Shown here one piece after another: positions 58,516 through 64,000 of a DNA stretch of 64,000 nt. The DNA lies in the NCBI GenBank assembly GCA_026025075.1, contig JAPEUI010000043.1:1-64000 (forward strand), in the 5' to 3' direction. This stretch comes from Vezdaea acicularis (taxonomy: Eukaryota). How positions within the stretch are numbered: the stretch's first letter is position 1; each line of letters opens with the position of its first letter. The notes beneath the pieces were generated by a model, which saw nothing but the letters and a program-made list of their open reading frames with translations, had not been told where the DNA came from and made no database searches. The translations under genes and the position numbers were made by a program.

Positions 58516-60176
58516 ATGATTATCAAGGGAGTCAAATTCGCATGGTCAGTAGGGTTCTATCCATCAATCCGCTTCTAGCCAAATGGAGAACCTCCTCTGA
58601 TACACCATTTTGAAATAGTGATCCTTGTAGAAGGGGTCATCGCACAGCAAAATGCTTTCATGAAGATCGGGTATTGAAGGAGGTTCCGAAACCAGGGCGC
58701 CCTTTGGGTGCTTGCCCTCATCCTCCAGGGTCCAACAAATGCGATTGTCGATCTACTATTAGAGTGGCTGTTCCCAAAAAATCGACATGCCCTTGTCGAG
58801 GGGCCACAACCCAGAAATCGAAAGTACGCAAAATCTCCAACGGCGATGAATTAACCAAGCCGGAGAAACATTCAACACCTCCTAAGATTCCAGAATCTAC
58901 GCCAAATTGTTGCGCCCCCTCTATAAAGCAAGGGACAGCTTCACCGACTACACCTTTAACAGCGCCCCCAAAGCAGATTCAATCGTTAGCATCTGGAGCT
59001 TATAGCTCTACAATAAGAGCTGATGATCAATCGGTATCATTTCAACTTGTGACTTCATCTCAACCTCTTCCGCCTCTACTATCATCATCGATATCTCCAA
59101 GTCAGTTTGACAACCTCCCCCTACGTGAAGACATCGTTAGTACTGCCCAATACACAACCAACAAAGAAGACGTGGAGTGGTCCGCCGCCTGGCTGGAAAA
59201 CCAGCCAGATGTAGATCCTATCTATATTGGGGCCAAGGAGTTTGAATCTGCGGGAGGGCACGATATCGCGGGTGGGGGGACTTGTGGTACGAAACGGAAA
59301 CGCTTATCGATGGAGTTCCCCTTGTTGTCGAACGTCATTCCGCAAACTCACCTTTCACAACCTAGCCCTGTTGGAGATAGCGAAAAGCCGATGATTGCTC
59401 CTTTAAGTGTTGGGGGCCAGCAGCTTGCCAGCAACGTTTTCGCAAAACCCGCTTCTCAACTGAACGATATCGATAATATACCTAGCAGGCTTGTCACGTC
59501 CGACAGCTTTGATATCATAACACAGTACAGCATACCTCCGCCCCTTAGTACACATACCAACCCTATCACCCCTCAAAACATTAGCTACCTACATCATTCA
59601 TACCCTGGATTTGTTCAGACCACAACCCAGCCTGCTCTTGATGGTATCAGTGGTTACGCCGCCCCCGCCGCTACAGCATATTCACCTTCACTTGCCCATT
59701 TCTGCGATTGCGGCGATAGCTGCGCTTGCCCCTTTTGTCCCGTACACCCTTACAACCAAACCTCTGCTGACCAGCTGAAGGAAATGGGTCTAGGAATGGA
59801 CCCAAATTGCGCGTTCAAAGAGCAGGATGTATCGCCAACTCAAACTGAGAATGGCTCGATTCATTCAAGCAACGGCAATCAGGGGCTATCATCCCCAAGA
59901 CGCCTTCGGCCGCTGTCTGGTTCTGAAGCCATCAATACCGATTCTTGGGTGCCTCCATCATCCTTGCCTCAAGAAATCACATCTGATGGTGGCTCCTCCA
60001 TCGCGCTGGGCCCTTTAACTTATGCTACTAGCTTATATGATCAAGAAGTCATAGGGTCCAACGGCATTGATCTCAGCAATAGTCCAGAGGATTCCACTGC
60101 GCATCCATCAGACTATTTTTTCATGTCTTACCCTTTCGACTTCATTAATGGAGCTAGGAACTCTGGCAGCACCTAG
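58516..60176 (+). CDS. Copper-fist transcription factor (Ace1/AceA-like); intron 58545-58618
   Basis: The spliced N-terminus MIIKGVKFACDPCRRGHRTAKCFHEDRVLKEVPKPGRPLGACPH is a copper-fist domain; a distal CDCGDSCACPFCPVHPYN Cys cluster is also present. Confidence 0.88.
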
Positions 60177-60555
60177 AGCGCTGATCACTCCCGAGACTTA
60201 TATAGGCTGGTCCCATATAATCCTGTGATAGGCTTCATCGAGCGTGTATCTGGGTGGCATTGATCTCGTGGCTTATTCGAAGTTTAGCGTGGGATCTGGG
60301 CCTATTGATCGGATTGGCATGAGACTGAGCAACATAACTTTAGAAATGGAATGTATGTCACAGCAGGTAACTCAATCGAGCATTAGGTGGGATGACAACC
60401 GCATAGCGGTTGTCAAGATTAGGTATATAAAGCTGATAAATGCATCTCCACACAGGAGAAACATGTATTGTTTGGGCGTTCATTGAGCGAAAACCGCACC
60501 CAATACCTGCTTTAGCAAATGTAGACCCTCCCTTTCCGCGAATCCGTCCCATTTC

Positions 60556-60950
60556 TTATGGTCTTGTCACAGCAGCCCCCTTCTTGAACCCGCGGTCGCA
60601 TTCTTCCCACGCCCTTCCAGCACCGAACCCTAGTCCTACAAGGGCAGGCCATGCCCTCCTTTTGAATAGCAGCACCGAGAAAACAACACCAAAGCTAAGG
60701 CCAAGGCCGGAGCGGATTAGGAGCGAAGAGAGGCACTGATCCCACTAATACCAGGAATATTAGTTAGAGATTGCTGTTGTCCTAAGTTTAGAAGAATGAC
60801 AAGGAAATCCACAGCTACCACAGCTAAAGGAAGGGAATATCTTCCACTGTGGCTTACCTTCTCGTTTAATAGAGCCTCGCTGACAGGTTTACTGGTGCGC
60901 GGAACCACAGGACCTGGGGGCGGTGGAGGGGGTGCCGCGGCGTCAGACAT
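60556..60950 (-). CDS. MIC10: MICOS complex subunit Mic10 (Mos1); intron 60857-60745
   Basis: SEALLNEK|WDQCLSSLLIRSGLGLSFGVVFSVLLFKRRAWPALVGLGFGAGRAWEEC: two Gly-rich transmembrane segments flanking KRR. Confidence 0.92.
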
Positions 60951-61360
60951 TGCGCTGTTTCGGGGTCAGTTACTGTCTTCGCAATTATATTCTGCCGCAG
61001 AAAGGTACTCACACGACCAGTGAGGTGAAATCTTATTGGGAGTAACAAGGAAACGATGAAACTAATGACGAGCCGTAGTGTTGATTCAATGGGGTTGCCA
61101 GCTGGAGTCGCAAGATCTCGAATTTTCTGGGACAGCTAAGCTCGGGCCAATCAGAACTAAGTTCAACCGGTGATGAGCTTATGGATGCTTTTCGTCAGCA
61201 CCAAGAGTAATCTCACAAGCAATGTCAATGCAAGAATCAAGATATTTTCTCAAGTTTTGTGAGATTTTTTTTGATTGCATCGCTTCAGCACCCTTCGACC
61301 AATTAGATATCGGTTTCTACAGTATTTCTTACAACTTAGTAATCCAACTTGAGGATTGCT

Positions 61361-62272
61361 ATGGAACAGCTAATTGAAAAGCATCGAAAAGAGCTTCGAG
61401 ACCTCAAATCACAGATTGCGCAGAAGAAAAAGGAAGCAACCAAGAAAACACGTAAGGGAGTAAATTCAGAATGCGAGCGACTGGAGGAAGAGCTGAAAGA
61501 AAGGCAAACCCAAGAGACACAAGCGCTGAAAGGTGGAACGGAGGCAGAAACTATCAACGATGCTCTCGAGGAATTACCAGACGAACCTCACAACCTAGGG
61601 GAGGACCCCAAAGACCGAGAGCTTGCAGGGAATGGCATCTCAAAGTCGAATAACGAGGCTCAAGAACTAGGCTCCACATATTCATCGAAAAAACCCAATC
61701 GTCAGAAAGCCCGTTTAGCACGTCGTGCGGCGGAGCACAAGGCGCAGATCAGTCAAGCGTCAGAAGAAGCCATAAATATGCCTAATCTACGAGAGCAAGA
61801 GCGTGCTAAGATGGTAGAGAGCTGCGAGAAAAGGGGGTTGAAGGAGGAAGAGATTCGACCAGACGGACATTGCCTGTACGCGGCTGTCGCTGATCAATTG
61901 TCGGAGATGCATATTTCTCTCACGCGACAGGGACTGTCAGAGGAAGACTTGCCGCCCTATAAGAGCGTCAGATATGCTGCGGCCAACTATATGGCAGATC
62001 ATCCGGATGACTTTGAGCCGTTCCTAGAAGAACCGCTACCTGGCTACCTGAAGAAAATCAGGGATACTGGCGAATGGGGCGGGCAGCTGGAGCTACTAGC
62101 TTTAGCAAGGACATATGCCATCAGCGTCAATGTCTTACAGGCCGATGGGAGGATTGAAACAATCGGATGTGGCTCCACTGTAGAAGAAAATCAAGACAAA
62201 TCCATTTGGCTAGCGTACTATAGGCACTACTTTGGCCTTGGAGAACATTATAATTCATTAAGAAGACACTGA
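61361..62272 (+). CDS. OTU2: OTU-domain deubiquitinase, Otu2/OTUD6B type
   Basis: N-terminal coiled coil KHRKELRDL, KPNRQKARLARR, and catalytic motifs IRPDGHCLYAAVADQL, WGGQLELLALA and GLGEHYNSL. Confidence 0.92.
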   Translation: MEQLIEKHRKELRDLKSQIAQKKKEATKKTRKGVNSECERLEEELKERQTQETQALKGGTEAETINDALEELPDEPHNLGEDPKDRELAGNGISKSNNEAQELGSTYSSKKPNRQKARLARRAAEHKAQISQASEEAINMPNLREQERAKMVESCEKRGLKEEEIRPDGHCLYAAVADQLSEMHISLTRQGLSEEDLPPYKSVRYAAANYMADHPDDFEPFLEEPLPGYLKKIRDTGEWGGQLELLALARTYAISVNVLQADGRIETIGCGSTVEENQDKSIWLAYYRHYFGLGEHYNSLRRH

Positions 62273-62353
62273 TGAAAGTCATACAATAACGGCATATATT
62301 TTGATTCTTCGTTTACCTTGGAAAGAATGTCTCCACACTAGATCGGAACAGAT

Positions 62354-63251
62354 CTAGCTATCTCTTGTCCACACACTCATCATATCAGTCCCTTCCCCAG
62401 CTTTATGTGTCCTCTCTGGTTTCCAACGCTTCACAAGTACGAAGCCATTCTTCGACACCCCAGGTTCAATCTTCTCTTCTTCAAGGTTACCATCGGAGTC
62501 ATATGACAACTTCTTTCCAGGATGACTCAAATGCCCCTTATACACTTTTCCCGGAAGACCATGAGGAGGCCCGCCCGTAGCTGGATCTTTGTATGTCGGG
62601 AACTCAAGGCAGATAAGGTTCCCCCCTTTTCCTTCCACCAAGAGACTCGACATCCGTTCCGCCCATTCTGGTCGCATAGATGGAGACAATGCACAAAGGA
62701 ACTGCTTGAGAATATTAATCTATCTATAGATAGAATAGAATGGCCACTACTCGGCGCTTACGTACCGTATAGTCGAAGATAACCTCGAACTTTGGGCCAC
62801 CTTTCACTTCTTTCTCCCAATCCTTACTAAAGAAGTCACCGCTGATGAACGTCACCGTTCCCACTCCGACAGCAGCGTCTTTAACAGGATAGTCCTTCAG
62901 GTGCGCCTTAGCAAAGTCTCGAGCGACTTGAACAGCCTTCTCCGATATATCCAGCCCGTAAGCATCGAAGCCATGGCTGGCAAATAGTAAGACGTCATGG
63001 CCTTTTCCACAACCGGGAACAAAGGCCTTTCTTCTACGTTGTGTACCGCTCTCATCGACAAATGCCGAGTCGCCCAAGAGGTCTCTACGGTCGTTTAAAG
63101 CATCACTGAGCGAAGGGCTAGCGATACCGCGATCCCATGGGAGAAAGTCGCCAGCTTCCCAGAGCTTGGACCATTGCTCGCCTATTCTCTCTTGAGGGAC
63201 GTCTTTGAAATGTTCGAGAAGCCTTGCGCGTTCCTCCACTGGCATGGCCAT
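62354..63251 (-). CDS. SAM-dependent thiol/halide methyltransferase (TPMT family); intron 62765-62702
   Basis: LPWDRG, SAM-binding motif FVPGCGKGHDV, GDFF, spliced FDYT|FLCAL, LICLEFP and GPP. Confidence 0.88.
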
Positions 63252-64000
63252 GATTTTTTGATTCTTACAGAGACGATTTTAGCCTCCGTACCCCTCGATT
63301 AAGTACGGCTGCCTCGGCGCGACTTGCCGAACTATAACCGGCTCCAACGACACCGGCCCAGGGAGTCAGGCGCTTACCATGCCTTACACGTCTGCGCATG
63401 ATCTTTAAAGCTATATTAAGCTGATAGGATTAAATGATGATACGTTATTTTAGCAAGAAGCGCCCTGTCCCCTGACAGGCTTAGCTTAATGCTTATCGAA
63501 GACGTCAGTGCGGAATTCTTCCGCAATCGGACAGTCAACGTTTTTCCAGACCTCGGGTCGAACGGCATCTCCAGCGAAACTCGGCACACCAGAAGCAATG
63601 GCGCCTTCTACGTCCTAACATGATCATAGGGCGCTTTGTAGGAATGATGGAGTTACTAGCCATTGGCTGCTATTTGGCCGGGCCTGTCCGTCTTTTCGAT
63701 ATCCCCAAGCCCTGCCTATCTACAATGCTTGCCGGAGTGACTCAACCGTTCTTCATCATGCTCCACCTTCCATGTGTCTCTGGAAGATTAGTCCTTTTCG
63801 CTCCTAATATATGAGATTCGGCTCCTCTCACTAGCTTCTGCAAATTCCAGGGTCTTTTGTTTAAGTGATATAAGGTATTTTCAGTTTGCCTGTTCATTGC
63901 AATGAGCCCTTTCTATCATGAAAATAGCCGCAAAATCTGAGAAAGACTCAAGTCCAGGGTTACATGATGTCCCTATCTCTGGACATGTGCATAAAGAGAC

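Overview
Intron-containing DNA from a filamentous ascomycete (Pezizomycotina; the gene set and GT-AG/CTRAC intron signals fit, but the species cannot be determined). About 23 protein-coding genes were reconstructed by hand across introns. They are mostly conserved housekeeping and regulatory genes: Cdt1 (truncated by the window edge), a small mitochondrial-type protein, a PPR protein, a VOC/glyoxalase, DUG1, MRPL20, GSH1, the GATA factor NsdD/SUB-1, GGPP synthase, SIN component Cdc14, an RfeG-like microgene, DUF1365, URB2, TFB5, PRM10/ThrE, MBF1, an F-box-like Cys-rich protein, an Mbp1-type APSES factor, NDUFB7, a copper-fist factor, MIC10, OTU2 and a thiol/halide methyltransferase, plus three hypotheticals. 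No tRNA, rRNA, CRISPR array or intact transposon was recognised. The most notable observations are: (1) a small C2H2 zinc-finger/acidic ORF killed by a gradient of C-to-T/G-to-A mutation running into a CpG-depleted AT island; (2) glutathione synthesis (GSH1), glutathione degradation (DUG1) and a VOC enzyme within 8 kb; (3) a 5.2-kb gene-free control region ahead of nsdD with tandem GATC clusters and a ~1.4-kb ATG-depleted leader holding a single uORF; (4) MCB-like elements upstream of CDT1 and of the MBF subunit itself; (5) a gene-poor 25-32 kb segment with decayed reading frames. None of this demonstrates a new biological system. Family calls rest on remembered motifs, not database searches, and coordinates were counted by hand.
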